The translations under genes were made by a program, and so were the position numbers. This document shows positions 37,901 to 48,800 of a DNA stretch of 64,000 nucleotides, piece after piece; within the stretch, counting starts at the first letter, position 1; every line of letters starts with the position of its first letter. Source of the DNA: a virus (taxonomy: Duplodnaviria > Caudoviricetes); the IMG/VR virus record IMGVR_UViG_3300020336_000481, positions 32,001-96,000 of that record, one strand, 5' to 3'. The notes under the pieces were generated by a model that worked only from the letters and a program-made list of their open reading frames with translations, was not told the DNA's origin and did no database searches.

Positions 37901-39206
37901 AGATGTAACAGGTTCTGCACAATTTGAAGAAATATTAATTGATGACAATTATATAACTACAACTACAACAAACGCAGATTTAGAATTACGTGCAAATGGT
38001 ACTGGTAATATTATTGTTCCTAGTAATGATGTTACATTTAGTAAAGACTTAACTGTTAGCGGAACAACTACTGCAAACTCCTTAAACGTAAACGGAAACA
38101 TTACAGCTACTTCAGCAACACTTGACACCTTTATTGTTCAAGGAGATGTACAATTAGAAGATATTAGTATTGATGGTAATGTAATTACTACAACGTTAAC
38201 TAACAGTGATTTAGATTTACGTGCTAACGGTTCGGGTGTTGTTAGAATACCTAGTAATGATGTAACAATCACAAATGATTTACAAATTGGCGGTAACTTA
38301 ACTGTAAACAGTATTAATAGTGCTGGTACACTTACTGCAAATAATTTTAGCACAGGCGATATTTTAATTGATGATAACTTTATTACTACAACTTTAAGTA
38401 ATTCAAATTTAGAACTACGTACAAGTGGTACAGGTAGTGTTATTATTGACGACTTACAACTTAGCAATAGTAATATTACCACAAGCACTAGTGATATTAC
38501 TATAACTCCAGGAAGCGGTGATGTAATTGTTAACGGAACTGGTGCAGTTAAATTGCCAGTTGGTAATACTGCACAACGATCTACAGCAGTAACAGGACAA
38601 ATTAGATTTAACAGTGAACTTTCAAGATTTGAAGGCTACGACGGCGCAAACTGGATTAAATTAAACGGACTACAAGATATAGACGGGGATACCAGAGCAA
38701 CAGCAGAGCTTACAACAGGAGCAAATGATAACAAAATTAGATTTTATATCCAAGATAACGTAGTTGCAGACATAAATGCAAACGGGTTAAATACAAGTAG
38801 AGTAACCGTAGATGACATCGAAATAGATGGAAATAAGATAAGTACACTTACTACAAACACTGATTTGATTTTACAAGCAAACGGTACTGGTAACGTAAGG
38901 TTAGATAATTTTGGGTTTAACAGTAATATAATATCAAATACAGTTGCTGATAGTGTAACTACTTTTCAAAACTCTGGAAATGGTTACTTTAAAATAGACG
39001 GTACAGGCGGCTTTGTTATACCAAGAGGTACAAGTGTACAAAGGCCAACTGCCGTTGAAGTAGGAATGATAAGATATAATGAGGATGATGTAAGAGTTGA
39101 AGTTTATAACGGAACACAATGGACAAGTGTTGCAGGTGCTGCAGCAGGTATTACTATTACAGAATCACAAGACATTGCATTAGAATTAATATTGAGCTTA
39201 GGATAA
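34974..39206 (+). CDS. Long fibre protein B (paralog of 30572)
   Basis: Same N-terminus (VGRISGPLL..NL.RNG..L.F), same domain order and repeats. Confidence 0.8.
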   Translation: MAVGRISGPLLKPNLIRNGIDLAFETDLLYLDVNNQRIGIKSSTPQHELDVTGTVRSTNLEITNTANIADLTIQNSTISTNSSYLNLGTLDTVVYQNKLRVDSLDIVGNVISSNNSNANIELNPNGTGTVEVLANMNVTGNIHATGNISADGNITIGDANTDNITINADVASNLIPDVDNTYTLGTSTKRWQDVWVNNLNATTINSNSVAIDGIDLILRQGNLYYVAENGSDTNSGDHPQDPYASITKALTVATAGDTVHVFPGEYQEIFPMTIPVGVTIKGHSIRSVNISPTSGTNTNDAFLLNGETTVSDLTIKDFYNGYAFKFASNASVTSRSPYLKNITVITKGSVTTAEDPRGFNQGDAGKGVLADGKDVASGSNEASMLFHSCTFITPGVDAATFTNGVRIEWLNCFSYFANKGISAYDGTSSDGKYGDGKTRIRLSGISGTFTAGNTVTFTSTDNSTIVAVTVESVDNDILVVDGKNTNLIGFDTTPASISNGAGATATTIENVDVKDFGAEVRMIGSASVYGNFGLHGDGPGVIVYAVGQNLAYIGNGKEVTNDPGTVIQANEVVELNGAKIRYNSVDHKGDFRVGDLFTVDQDTGTVNFVASALNVDLTNGATFTTGSNTTFINGARIDTGNLRISGNTIESTSGNINFNSATNSINLNDNVNVTGNMDVTGNITLGGNIQIGDEVTDSITITAGINSNLVPRTTDTHTLGTSSLEWKNLYINELDVDDIQINTNFISTTSSNADLELRANGTGKILVPGNNVQVTNDLTVNGTTNLSNLNITGNFGLVGNFTETGDVSVTGDVTVSQDLTIGATAQFEEIKIEGNVITTTSSNADLELQANSGGRVIIPSNDVIVSQDLNVTGAVAANTITAQGNIDADTFTTGDIQIDDNFITTTLSNSNLELRANGTGKVIIPSNDIVASQNLTVNGTTTLKGTGITGTITHVGNTTQTGNSNITGDVTISQDLDVTGSAQFEEILIDDNYITTTTTNADLELRANGTGNIIVPSNDVTFSKDLTVSGTTTANSLNVNGNITATSATLDTFIVQGDVQLEDISIDGNVITTTLTNSDLDLRANGSGVVRIPSNDVTITNDLQIGGNLTVNSINSAGTLTANNFSTGDILIDDNFITTTLSNSNLELRTSGTGSVIIDDLQLSNSNITTSTSDITITPGSGDVIVNGTGAVKLPVGNTAQRSTAVTGQIRFNSELSRFEGYDGANWIKLNGLQDIDGDTRATAELTTGANDNKIRFYIQDNVVADINANGLNTSRVTVDDIEIDGNKISTLTTNTDLILQANGTGNVRLDNFGFNSNIISNTVADSVTTFQNSGNGYFKIDGTGGFVIPRGTSVQRPTAVEVGMIRYNEDDVRVEVYNGTQWTSVAGAAAGITITESQDIALELILSLG

Positions 39207-39209
39207 AAT

Positions 39210-39539
39210 ATGGCAACTTTTTTTAGAAATAGAGTAATAAAAAACGTAGGTAAAGTACCAATTGAAGTTGTGACTATTGGTGGTGCTAATCGAGCTACAG
39301 CCATTGGACTAAGTCTTACAAACTTAACATCAGAATTTTTATATGTAAATGTTTTTATAAAAGATGACACAAGTGTTTCAGGATACTATTTAAAAGATGC
39401 AGTGTTACCTGCAAATACAAGTTTAAGAGCAATCAATGGTGGAGAAAAATTAGTTCTACCAGAAAATAACGCACTATATGTATCGTCGAGTGTTGATGAT
39501 AGCGTAGACGTTATTTTAAGTTACGTGGAGATTACATAA
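39210..39539 (+). CDS. Small virion protein (paralog of 29376 and 53027)
   Basis: IGLSLTN...LPANTSL...GEKLVL....L.V.S.....VDVILSYVEIT. Confidence 0.65.
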   Translation: MATFFRNRVIKNVGKVPIEVVTIGGANRATAIGLSLTNLTSEFLYVNVFIKDDTSVSGYYLKDAVLPANTSLRAINGGEKLVLPENNALYVSSSVDDSVDVILSYVEIT

Positions 39540-39919
39540 TGACTCAATATATAGGAACTAGTCCACAAGCAGTATTTGACGGATTTATTAAGAGATACTT
39601 TTATGGAATTAGACGTAACGACGACGGTGAATTGTTTTTAATTAAGATTGATCAATTCCAAGGCGGCACAGATCAAATTGCTATAATAAATGATATTGGA
39701 GATTTAGAAGATAACTTTGAAGATTTTGAAGAAGGTATTGATTATTTGTCAGGTGTAGACGAAACACATGACGTTGTTAATAAAAATTTAAAATATCCCC
39801 AATATAGATGGGACGGACGATCATTAATTTATTATATTGACCCTATTGACGGTCAATTTATACAAAAAATTAATCAACTACATGAATACGAAACTAATAT
39901 TTCGTCAGAAGGATACTAA
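39539..39919 (+). CDS. Hypothetical virion-associated protein
   Basis: 126 aa, translationally coupled within the fibre operon. Confidence 0.6.
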   Translation: MTQYIGTSPQAVFDGFIKRYFYGIRRNDDGELFLIKIDQFQGGTDQIAIINDIGDLEDNFEDFEEGIDYLSGVDETHDVVNKNLKYPQYRWDGRSLIYYIDPIDGQFIQKINQLHEYETNISSEGY

Positions 39920-39922
39920 CAG

Positions 39923-42900
39923 ATGTCAGAATTTAATTTAAATAGATTTAGGTATAATTGGAAAGGCGATTGGGTTACTGGTACTGCTTACAATAGAGAT
40001 GATATTGTAAAAGTAGGTGGTAAAACATATGTATGTTTAGTTACACATACTGCTAACGCTTCTTTCAACGTTGACTTAACAGCTACACTACCCGGCAGTA
40101 ATCCTTCTGTTCCTCAACCAAAATGGGTTGTAATGACGGAAAGTACAACTTATAAAGGAGCCTGGCAATCAGCAACTGAATATTATCCAGCAGATATTGT
40201 TTTAAAAGATGGTGTACTTTGGAAGTGTACAACTTATATAGGTAGTTCTTCTAACTGGGCAATTGACGAATCTAGTTGGGAAATATATGCAGGACATATT
40301 GATTTTAAGGGAGACTGGACAAACACAACCGATTATGGCCAAGGCGCACTAGTTAGGTATAACGGAATTGTATACAAATGTGTAACTTCACATGTAAGTC
40401 AAACTACACTAGAAGACGACTTATCAAAATGGGCAATATTCTATGAAGGAAGACATTTTGCAGGAACATGGGCAATATCAACTAATTATAGAAAAAATGA
40501 TTTTGTACTTTATGGAGGTTCAATATGGAAATGTACGCAAACACACACTAGCGGTATAGTTTCTATTGATACAACAAAATTTACAATAGCATTTCATGGA
40601 TTTGAAAATGAAGGCTACTGGACTAATGAAAAACAATATCAAACAGGCGACATTGTACGCTACGGCGGATATACGTATATTGCTGTTAATGTAAACAAAG
40701 ATAGTAATCCAGATGCAGCGTCAGGAACTAGTTTAGATAGCACGTTAGATTGGCAAGTTCTTTCATATGGTTATAACTTTAAAGGTGACTATAAATCAGA
40801 CAGACCTTACAGAGCAGGAGACGTTGTATTAAGAGGAGGTGATTTATACCTTGCACTAATTCCTATTGATAGAGAAGCTCAAGATGATAGTAGTATAGAT
40901 TACTTAGATACAGCAATATGGGAAAAATTAATACCAGGACAACAATGGTCAAAACAAGACGGACATGTTTTCTTTGATGTAGAAGTAAGAAGAAATGCTG
41001 CCAACACTGCAGATGTATATTTTATAGACGGATCAGAACGTCCACAACTTAGTTTACAAAAAGGTGTAACATATACTTTTGATCAAAGTACAGACTCAAA
41101 TGAAAATTATGGCGGCGGCACTAGCCATCCATTGTCTTTCTCATCTGATGATCCTGACGGAGATTCGGGTAGTGGATCGGCATATACTTACATGGTACAT
41201 TATTATCTTAATAATAATAAGGTAGTAAAATCTGATTATATAAGTGGTTTTGCAACAGCATGGCGAAGAAAAATAGAAATCATGGTAAACAAAAACACAA
41301 GTACAACTTTATTTTACTATTGTACTAGTCATATTGGAATGGGTAATTCATGTGATGTGTCGTCTGATATACAAGCAGAATCAGGAAGTTGGATCCAAGC
41401 AAACAAATATCATGTTGGAGACGTAGTTTATTTTTATGGTGATGCATACAGTTGTAACTTTGAACATACATCTAATACTGATAATTTCCCGGGTGATAAC
41501 GGAAGTGGTTATTTTTATTGGGATATATTAATACAAGGCGGTATTGATGCCGGCCTAAATACTAAAGGCGATTTACTTACATACGGTACTCCAACTACTA
41601 GTTCACTTAAAGGTGACGGCAGTTCACAAGGACTTACAAGTGTGCCTATTGGAGTTTCTGAACAATTACTTTCAGTAAACAACAATGACGAAGTATTTTG
41701 GAGAGAATATTTAGATTCAGCATTTAATGTTCATGTTACACAAAACGGTGTTGACGAAATAGGCAGAGGCCTAACAGCAGATAAACCTTTTAAAACTGTA
41801 GGATACGCATTAGAATTTGTACAAGAAAATTTTACAGCTAATACACCTGTTAAAGTAAAAATTGCAACTGGTAGATATACAGAAGCAGGACCAATGGTTA
41901 TTCCAGCAGGATGTGTTGTGATGGGAGATGAGCTAAGAGCCACAACTATTGAAGCACAACCAGCAATCAAAGAAATGTTAAATGACTTACCAATTACACA
42001 AGGATATTTAGATAGACTTACAAGCATAGTATTTGATCTGATTAATAACAATTTAATTAGTGCAAGTAACGGACACACCGAAGCACAAGTAAGAAACTTA
42101 CCAGCTGCTGGTGTAGGAATTTCTACAATAATTGCAAACCTTATTACAGATATTAAAAATTATCAAGATCAAGCATTAGGTAGCGGCGTTGATTCTCCAA
42201 CTGTTACAGGTACTAATACACTTACAGTTGACCAAGGTAGGTTAAATGCAGTTGCTATTTTAAGAGCAAACGTAAAATATCTTAAAAAAGAATTAACTAG
42301 TTTTGTTGATGCAAATAATTCAACTTACTCGTATACTGCTTCTAGAATGGAAAGCGATATTGAATTCTTTATCAAAGGTTTTATCTATGATTTACAATAT
42401 CCTGGAAATTACAAAACAGTGCTTATGGCTAGAAGATATTGTAATAGGCACAGCGGCTCTACACTAGATGATATGTTTTGGGTTAGAGACGTTACAGGTA
42501 TTAGAAATTGTACACTTGAAGGGTTGAGTGGAGGACTTAATCCTCCTGGAGTTTTTGACTTATATAGAAAACCAACCGGCGGAGCGTTTGTTGCACTTGA
42601 TCCAGGTTGGGGTCCAGCAGATGATAAAACATGGATTAAAACACGTTCACCATACTTACAAGGTGTTACTAATATAGGTACAGGTTGTGTTGGTAAAAAG
42701 ATTGACGGTGCATTACATAACGGTGGTAATAAATCTATGGTATCAAACGACTTTACGCAGGTATTAAGTGACGGAGTTGGTGCTTGGGTATTAAATAATG
42801 CTAGAGCAGAACTTGTGTCAGTATTTACATACTATTGTACGGTTGGATACCTAGCAGAAAATGGCGGTATTATACGTGCTACTAACGGTAACAATTCATA

Positions 42901-45850
42901 TGGTAGATATGGTGCTATTGCAGACGGTATAGATGCAACAGAAACACCAGCAACCGCTACTGTTAACGGAAGAAATCAAGAAGCAATAGTACAGTCAGTA
43001 TTTGCTGGAGAATTTTCAGATAATATATTTGGTATTGAATATAGTAATGCTGGGGAAAACTACACACAAGCAACAGCATCAATATTAGGTGCAGGTACAA
43101 ATGCCGTTTTAGAATTTGATGATTTTAGAACAGGCGGACTTTTTGAATCAAGAATTATTGATCCAGTTGACTCAGGTAGTTCAGGTGGAGCAAACTTTAC
43201 AGTAACAAACGGCAACGCACAACAACCTGATGGAATTGATGATTCATATCAAATTAAATTACAATCAACAGACACAGGTACAGCAGATAGTTACACTGGT
43301 ATGAAAATTATAATTACAGGTGGTGATGGTACAGGACAATACGGCATTGTAAATAGTTATAATGTTGGAACTAGAACTCTTAGTGTAATAAAAGAAACTA
43401 CAGGACTTCAAGGTTGGGATCATATTATTCCAGGTACTGCAACAGCAACGCAGTCAACTAATACACAATACAGAATTGAACCAAGAATAACATGTTCTGC
43501 GCCAGGATTTACTTCTAGTGCAGGTGATATAGGTGCAGGTATTGATACAATACACTCAGCGTACGGTGATACTACACAATCATTTACAGGTATTGCAGGA
43601 CAGTTAGGTACAGGAGGTGTTATAGACTTTGACGGATTAACACCAACAGCAGCAACATTTGACATACAGAAAATTGCAAAAAAATATACAGTTACTATAA
43701 ACACAGCAGGGTTAGGTTATGCAGTAGGAGATACAATTACTATAGCTGGTAACTTGGTAGGTGGAGTAACACCAGCAAATGATATTACAATTACAGTACA
43801 AAGTACTACCGACGATAGTTCAAACAGTATTGTAACTTTTGGTTATGCTGGAGTTGCAAGAAGTGGTAGATATGTTGTTTTAGGAGCTGCAGGAGTTAGG
43901 TATAGTGAAGATACTAGTTTATGGAATACTGTAACATTGCCAGGTACAACAGACTATGTACGTGTAAAAGCAGGTAATAATAGATTTGTTGCTATTAGAG
44001 AAAATCAAGGATCGTGTGCATATTCACTAGATGGTGTTACTTGGTCATCAGCAGTTATGCCTGCAAACCTTAAATGGATTGATATAACATATGGTGGCGG
44101 ACAATTTGTTGCTATTGCTGAAAATTCAAATACTGTGGCGTTAAGTTCAGATGGTATAAATTGGACATCACAAGCTATTCCAGATGACGGCGTTGGCGAT
44201 AGTGCAGCAACACAATGGCAACGTATTGCATACGGCAAAGGAAAATATGTAGTTGTTTCAGGTAGTGAAAGATGGACAGCAACATCAACAGATGGTGTTA
44301 CTTGGTCTAGACATCAAAATGCATTAGGAACATCTTATGCATTTATTGATTTTGTAGCGTTATCATATGGTAGAAATAAATGGATTGCATTGGCAACCAA
44401 CGGAACTAACACTTACAGTTTTGATGGTATAGTTTGGTATAACGGTGGAGACTTGCCGTTTGATGAAGACGGATCGTCAGCTTTACAATGGGAAGATTTA
44501 TCCTACGGTGACGGAGTTTGGATAGGAGTTGCAACTTCAGGTGGAACAGCAACTACAAGGGCTGCAAGTTCGCAAGACGGAATTAACTGGCAAGTAAGAT
44601 CTACATTAGTACAAAAAACTTGGAAAACAATAGTGTTTGGAGACTTTAATAATACTCCAATATGGTTAGCTTTAGGTGCTAATGATAATTTAGCATGTTC
44701 TAAAATAGTTACTGGAGCAACAGCATTACTTAGAGCAGATGTTGCATCAAACGGAATATTTAATTTTATAAAAATATGGGATCCAGGTAGCGGATATGAT
44801 TCTAGTAACCCACCTACAGTAACTATTATAGATAATACATATACTTTAGAAGTATTTTTAGAAAATAGAATTGGTAATGGAGTAATTGGAGAACCAAGTT
44901 TTGTAAATCGAGGACTTGGGTATAAGACAAGTAGTACTCAAGTTTCTATTACAGGTGACGGGTATGCTGATAGTTATACTAAAGGAGCAAATGTAACATT
45001 AGATGGAATATCAACAGTTCCAGGACCTGGTGCACAGCTTTACTTTACTGGAATATTAGATCTAGGTACAGCTGATCCTACTGATTTAAAACGTTATGTT
45101 GTAAGTAAAATTACAGATTTAGGACAAGATGATAGTGGAACAGGTACTAAGAAAGTTCGATTCCAAATATCTCCTCAGCTTAAAAATGGTGACAATCTTT
45201 TACATGCAACTTCAGTACAGATTAGAGAAAAGTATTCACAATGTAGAATATCAGGACATGATTTCTTAGACATTGGAACAGGAAACTTTAGTGAAACAAA
45301 CTATCCTACGTTATATTCAGGTGGAGCATATTTTGTAAGTGCTCCTGAAAACGAAGTTATTGAACAAAACGGCGGTCGTGTATTTTATACAAGTACAGAT
45401 CAAAATGGTAACTTTAGAACAGGTGAACTTTTTGCTGTTGAGCAGGCAACAGGTATTGTAACAATTAGTGCTGATTTCTTTGACTTAGACGGTCTAAGTG
45501 AATTATCACTAGGTGGAGTTAGACTAGGTGGATCAGGTGCAGTAATTAAAGAATTTAGTACTGACCCATTCTTTAGTCAGGATAGTAATAACGTTGTACC
45601 AACGCAACGTGCTATAACAACTTTCCTTGCAAATAGACTTAGTGTTGGTGGTTCTGACTTAGAAACAAACTTTTTAACAGCAGGGCAAATACAATTAGGC
45701 GGTCCAAATAATATAATAAGCACAACAATAGGAACAGAAATACAAATTCCGGTAATGGCAGTGTTTGATGGACCGGAATCGGGCATTAACGGAATATTAA
45801 TAGGACAAATGCTAACAAACAGGAACCCCTTTGATGAGTCCATGCAATAA
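39923..45850 (+). CDS. Giant appendage protein 1: CBM5/12-like repeats, cupredoxin-like insert, beta-helix, Asp-box propeller
   Basis: Repeats of W...T.Y...D.V.Y.G..Y.C; YYCTSHIGMG; many S.DG..W Asp-boxes; paralog of 45896. Confidence 0.75.
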   Translation: MSEFNLNRFRYNWKGDWVTGTAYNRDDIVKVGGKTYVCLVTHTANASFNVDLTATLPGSNPSVPQPKWVVMTESTTYKGAWQSATEYYPADIVLKDGVLWKCTTYIGSSSNWAIDESSWEIYAGHIDFKGDWTNTTDYGQGALVRYNGIVYKCVTSHVSQTTLEDDLSKWAIFYEGRHFAGTWAISTNYRKNDFVLYGGSIWKCTQTHTSGIVSIDTTKFTIAFHGFENEGYWTNEKQYQTGDIVRYGGYTYIAVNVNKDSNPDAASGTSLDSTLDWQVLSYGYNFKGDYKSDRPYRAGDVVLRGGDLYLALIPIDREAQDDSSIDYLDTAIWEKLIPGQQWSKQDGHVFFDVEVRRNAANTADVYFIDGSERPQLSLQKGVTYTFDQSTDSNENYGGGTSHPLSFSSDDPDGDSGSGSAYTYMVHYYLNNNKVVKSDYISGFATAWRRKIEIMVNKNTSTTLFYYCTSHIGMGNSCDVSSDIQAESGSWIQANKYHVGDVVYFYGDAYSCNFEHTSNTDNFPGDNGSGYFYWDILIQGGIDAGLNTKGDLLTYGTPTTSSLKGDGSSQGLTSVPIGVSEQLLSVNNNDEVFWREYLDSAFNVHVTQNGVDEIGRGLTADKPFKTVGYALEFVQENFTANTPVKVKIATGRYTEAGPMVIPAGCVVMGDELRATTIEAQPAIKEMLNDLPITQGYLDRLTSIVFDLINNNLISASNGHTEAQVRNLPAAGVGISTIIANLITDIKNYQDQALGSGVDSPTVTGTNTLTVDQGRLNAVAILRANVKYLKKELTSFVDANNSTYSYTASRMESDIEFFIKGFIYDLQYPGNYKTVLMARRYCNRHSGSTLDDMFWVRDVTGIRNCTLEGLSGGLNPPGVFDLYRKPTGGAFVALDPGWGPADDKTWIKTRSPYLQGVTNIGTGCVGKKIDGALHNGGNKSMVSNDFTQVLSDGVGAWVLNNARAELVSVFTYYCTVGYLAENGGIIRATNGNNSYGRYGAIADGIDATETPATATVNGRNQEAIVQSVFAGEFSDNIFGIEYSNAGENYTQATASILGAGTNAVLEFDDFRTGGLFESRIIDPVDSGSSGGANFTVTNGNAQQPDGIDDSYQIKLQSTDTGTADSYTGMKIIITGGDGTGQYGIVNSYNVGTRTLSVIKETTGLQGWDHIIPGTATATQSTNTQYRIEPRITCSAPGFTSSAGDIGAGIDTIHSAYGDTTQSFTGIAGQLGTGGVIDFDGLTPTAATFDIQKIAKKYTVTINTAGLGYAVGDTITIAGNLVGGVTPANDITITVQSTTDDSSNSIVTFGYAGVARSGRYVVLGAAGVRYSEDTSLWNTVTLPGTTDYVRVKAGNNRFVAIRENQGSCAYSLDGVTWSSAVMPANLKWIDITYGGGQFVAIAENSNTVALSSDGINWTSQAIPDDGVGDSAATQWQRIAYGKGKYVVVSGSERWTATSTDGVTWSRHQNALGTSYAFIDFVALSYGRNKWIALATNGTNTYSFDGIVWYNGGDLPFDEDGSSALQWEDLSYGDGVWIGVATSGGTATTRAASSQDGINWQVRSTLVQKTWKTIVFGDFNNTPIWLALGANDNLACSKIVTGATALLRADVASNGIFNFIKIWDPGSGYDSSNPPTVTIIDNTYTLEVFLENRIGNGVIGEPSFVNRGLGYKTSSTQVSITGDGYADSYTKGANVTLDGISTVPGPGAQLYFTGILDLGTADPTDLKRYVVSKITDLGQDDSGTGTKKVRFQISPQLKNGDNLLHATSVQIREKYSQCRISGHDFLDIGTGNFSETNYPTLYSGGAYFVSAPENEVIEQNGGRVFYTSTDQNGNFRTGELFAVEQATGIVTISADFFDLDGLSELSLGGVRLGGSGAVIKEFSTDPFFSQDSNNVVPTQRAITTFLANRLSVGGSDLETNFLTAGQIQLGGPNNIISTTIGTEIQIPVMAVFDGPESGINGILIGQMLTNRNPFDESMQ

Positions 45851-45870
45851 TGAGTAATACTTGGCAAAGG

Positions 45871-45877
45871 ATAAATA
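45871..45877 (+). promoter_or_regulatory. Late promoter ATAAATA
   Basis: Upstream of SD GGAG. Confidence 0.7.
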
Positions 45878-45895
45878 TAGTAACGGAGAGTCTAA

Positions 45896-48800
45896 ATGGC
45901 AGAGTTTAAATTAGGAAGAATTAGATTTGTTTGGAAAAATACCTGGTCTACTTCTACCACTTATTATAAAGATGATGTAGTCTCGTTTGGAGGTCGAACT
46001 TATATTTGTGTAATTGGACACAATAGTTCAGCAGACTTCTTTACAGATTTTAATATAAGTCCACCAAAGTGGAACTTAGTAAGTGACGGAACATCGTGGA
46101 AAGGTGAGTGGAGTACAGGCGTTTCGTACATTGAAAACGACATTGTACAATACGGTGCAAGATTATATATCTGCCAAACTAATCATACATCCGTAAATGA
46201 CTCTACACTAGGTTTAGAAAATGATATAAGTGCTTGGCAACTATATGCCGAAGGCTTAGATTACAAAGGTGCTTGGACGACAGCAACAAGATACATTGTA
46301 AATGATGTAGTTAAATATGGCGGTACAACGTATGTTTGTAACACTTATCATACATCAGCTTCAACCGCGTCAAGCGGACTAGAATCAGATCAAGCAAAAT
46401 GGGATTACTTTAATCAAGGTTTAGAATACAACGGTGATTGGACTGCTAACACAAGATACAAAGTAAATGACATTGTTAGATACGGCGCAGCTCTTTGGAT
46501 TGTAACAACTCAACATACTTCGTCAACTAGTTTTGGATCAGACGAATCTAATTGGACACAGTTTGTAAGAGGTATTCAGTTTGAAACAGAATGGGACGTA
46601 CAGAAAAATTATCAGCCAGGCGATATTGTACGCTATGGCGGAAATCAATTTATTGCAAAAACAAATCACAGCGGTCAAAACCCTGTAACTTCAACTACAA
46701 ATTGGAGTGTTTATTCAGAAGGAATTAGATTCTTAGGCGAATGGGGAGAAGATAGTTCTAGCCAAGATTATAAAGTAGGTGAAGTTGTAAGACACGGAGC
46801 ATATACATATATTTGTACAGCTACGCATAACGGACAAGAACCACCAAATGCAAGTTATTGGAATAGATTAAACACTGGTTTAAAATGGCGTGGAATTTGG
46901 GCAGATGACAGACAATATATGTTAGGTGACGTTGTACGTTATCTTGATAACAGTTATGTTTGTATACTTGGACATTTATCAGAAGGTGACGATGGTTCAT
47001 CAGGTGTAGGCGCCGGCGCTGGTAATAGTAGACCAGATCAAGATACAACAGGCACTTATTGGAATATTATTGCAGTTGGTAGTGAACAAAGTGTTCTTAC
47101 TACAAAAGGTGACTTAGTTTATTATTCAGGAACAGCACCTACAAGATTACCAGTAGGAGCAGAAGGACAAGTACTTAGAGTTGGAACATCAGATATTCCT
47201 GAATGGGCATATATGGGTGTTGCAGATGATGTTTATCATGTTGCTACACACGGAACAGATGCTCCTGCTCCAACACATGGGCGTACAATTGATAAACCTT
47301 GGGCTTCGATTAGATATGCATGTAAGCAAGTAGAAGAAGGATTAAAAAATCCTAATGCAAAGTCTTTACTAGAATTAAATAGGCCATTTATACAAAAAGA
47401 AATTCGTAACTGGGTTGACTATCAAATTACTAATACAATAACACCGTTTGCGGGATCTTATGTATACGACACATTAAAATGTGAAAGAGATATGGGCCTT
47501 ATTGTTGATGCATTAATATGGGATATTACACACGGTGGAAATGTTAAATCTAGAGAATCAGCAATTAAGTATGTAACAGAACCAGGAAGTTTTTATACCT
47601 TAGGTCAAAGTGAAGAAACTGTTGCCGCAATTAATTACGGCTTAACAGTTATATCAAGTGTACTTGCACAAACTGCACCGTCTGCAAATTATCAAACACT
47701 TAACGGCGATAATTCTACAGCAGTAGTAACACAATACTTTGATAGTACGCTTATAGCAGAAACAGGCGTTTATACTGAGATTACAGGACTAGCAGGTATT
47801 ATTACAGGTGCAATTACTGCAAATAGTACTGCAAATATTCCTGTAAGACTTATTAGAAGTGTATTAATTAAAGTTGCAACAGGAAAATATTACGAAACAT
47901 TACCAATTTTAGTTCCAGCAGAAACTTGTGTAATAGGTGACGAACTTAGGTCTACAAATGTTCAACCAAGAAAAGCAAGTAATTCATCTCTTACATCAAG
48001 ATCAGATGCTGAATTTAGTTTTAAAGCATTAGAAAGAGTAGAATCAATAATCGGTGATATTGTTTTAGGATCAACTGTTTCTAAAACTACAGGCAATACT
48101 AAAACACAATCACAATTATTTCCATTTGGTGAAGCACAACAATCAAATGCTGCAAAACAATTAACAAGAATTATTAGAAGAAATGCTGATCATAAAGTTG
48201 GCGACAAAGTAGAAAGAACACTTGTTGCTACAGCATCAACACATGATGTAAACTATGGGTATGCTAGAGATTTACTTCTAGCTAACAAAGAATTTATTAA
48301 AGCTGAAGTTACCGGTTATTTAACGACAAACTATTCAACTTTAAAATATAGTAAAACAAAATGTAAACAGGATGTAGGATATATTATTGACTCTTTAGTT
48401 TATGATTTATCATATCAAGGTACATGGCAAAGTATTACTGCTGGACTTGCATATTATGCAGGTACATCAGGTTCATTGCAAATTAACAGCACAGAAAAAG
48501 CTGCAACACTACAAGCATATGTGTTTATGCGTTCTTTATTACAAACTATTGCACAGAATGTTACAGTTAATCCAACACAACAAAGTGCAATTACACAAAT
48601 AAACGGAACAGCAGGAAATACTGCAGCAGCGGCACAAATTAACACTTTGATGACAATAGTTATTGATATTATTAATTTAGGTACAGCTAGTGCTCCATCA
48701 ATTACATATCCAGACATAAGTGGCGTAGCATCGGCTTTAACAACTGCTTCAACAACGTTAAGTAGTAACTATACAACACTAAAAAGCGAGATGGTTGCTT

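Noticed and set aside
30572-39206. Diversity-generating retroelement TR/VR pair among the repeated fibre segments
   Set aside because: Differences between copies are not adenine-specific, both copies are internal coding repeats, and no reverse transcriptase is in the window.
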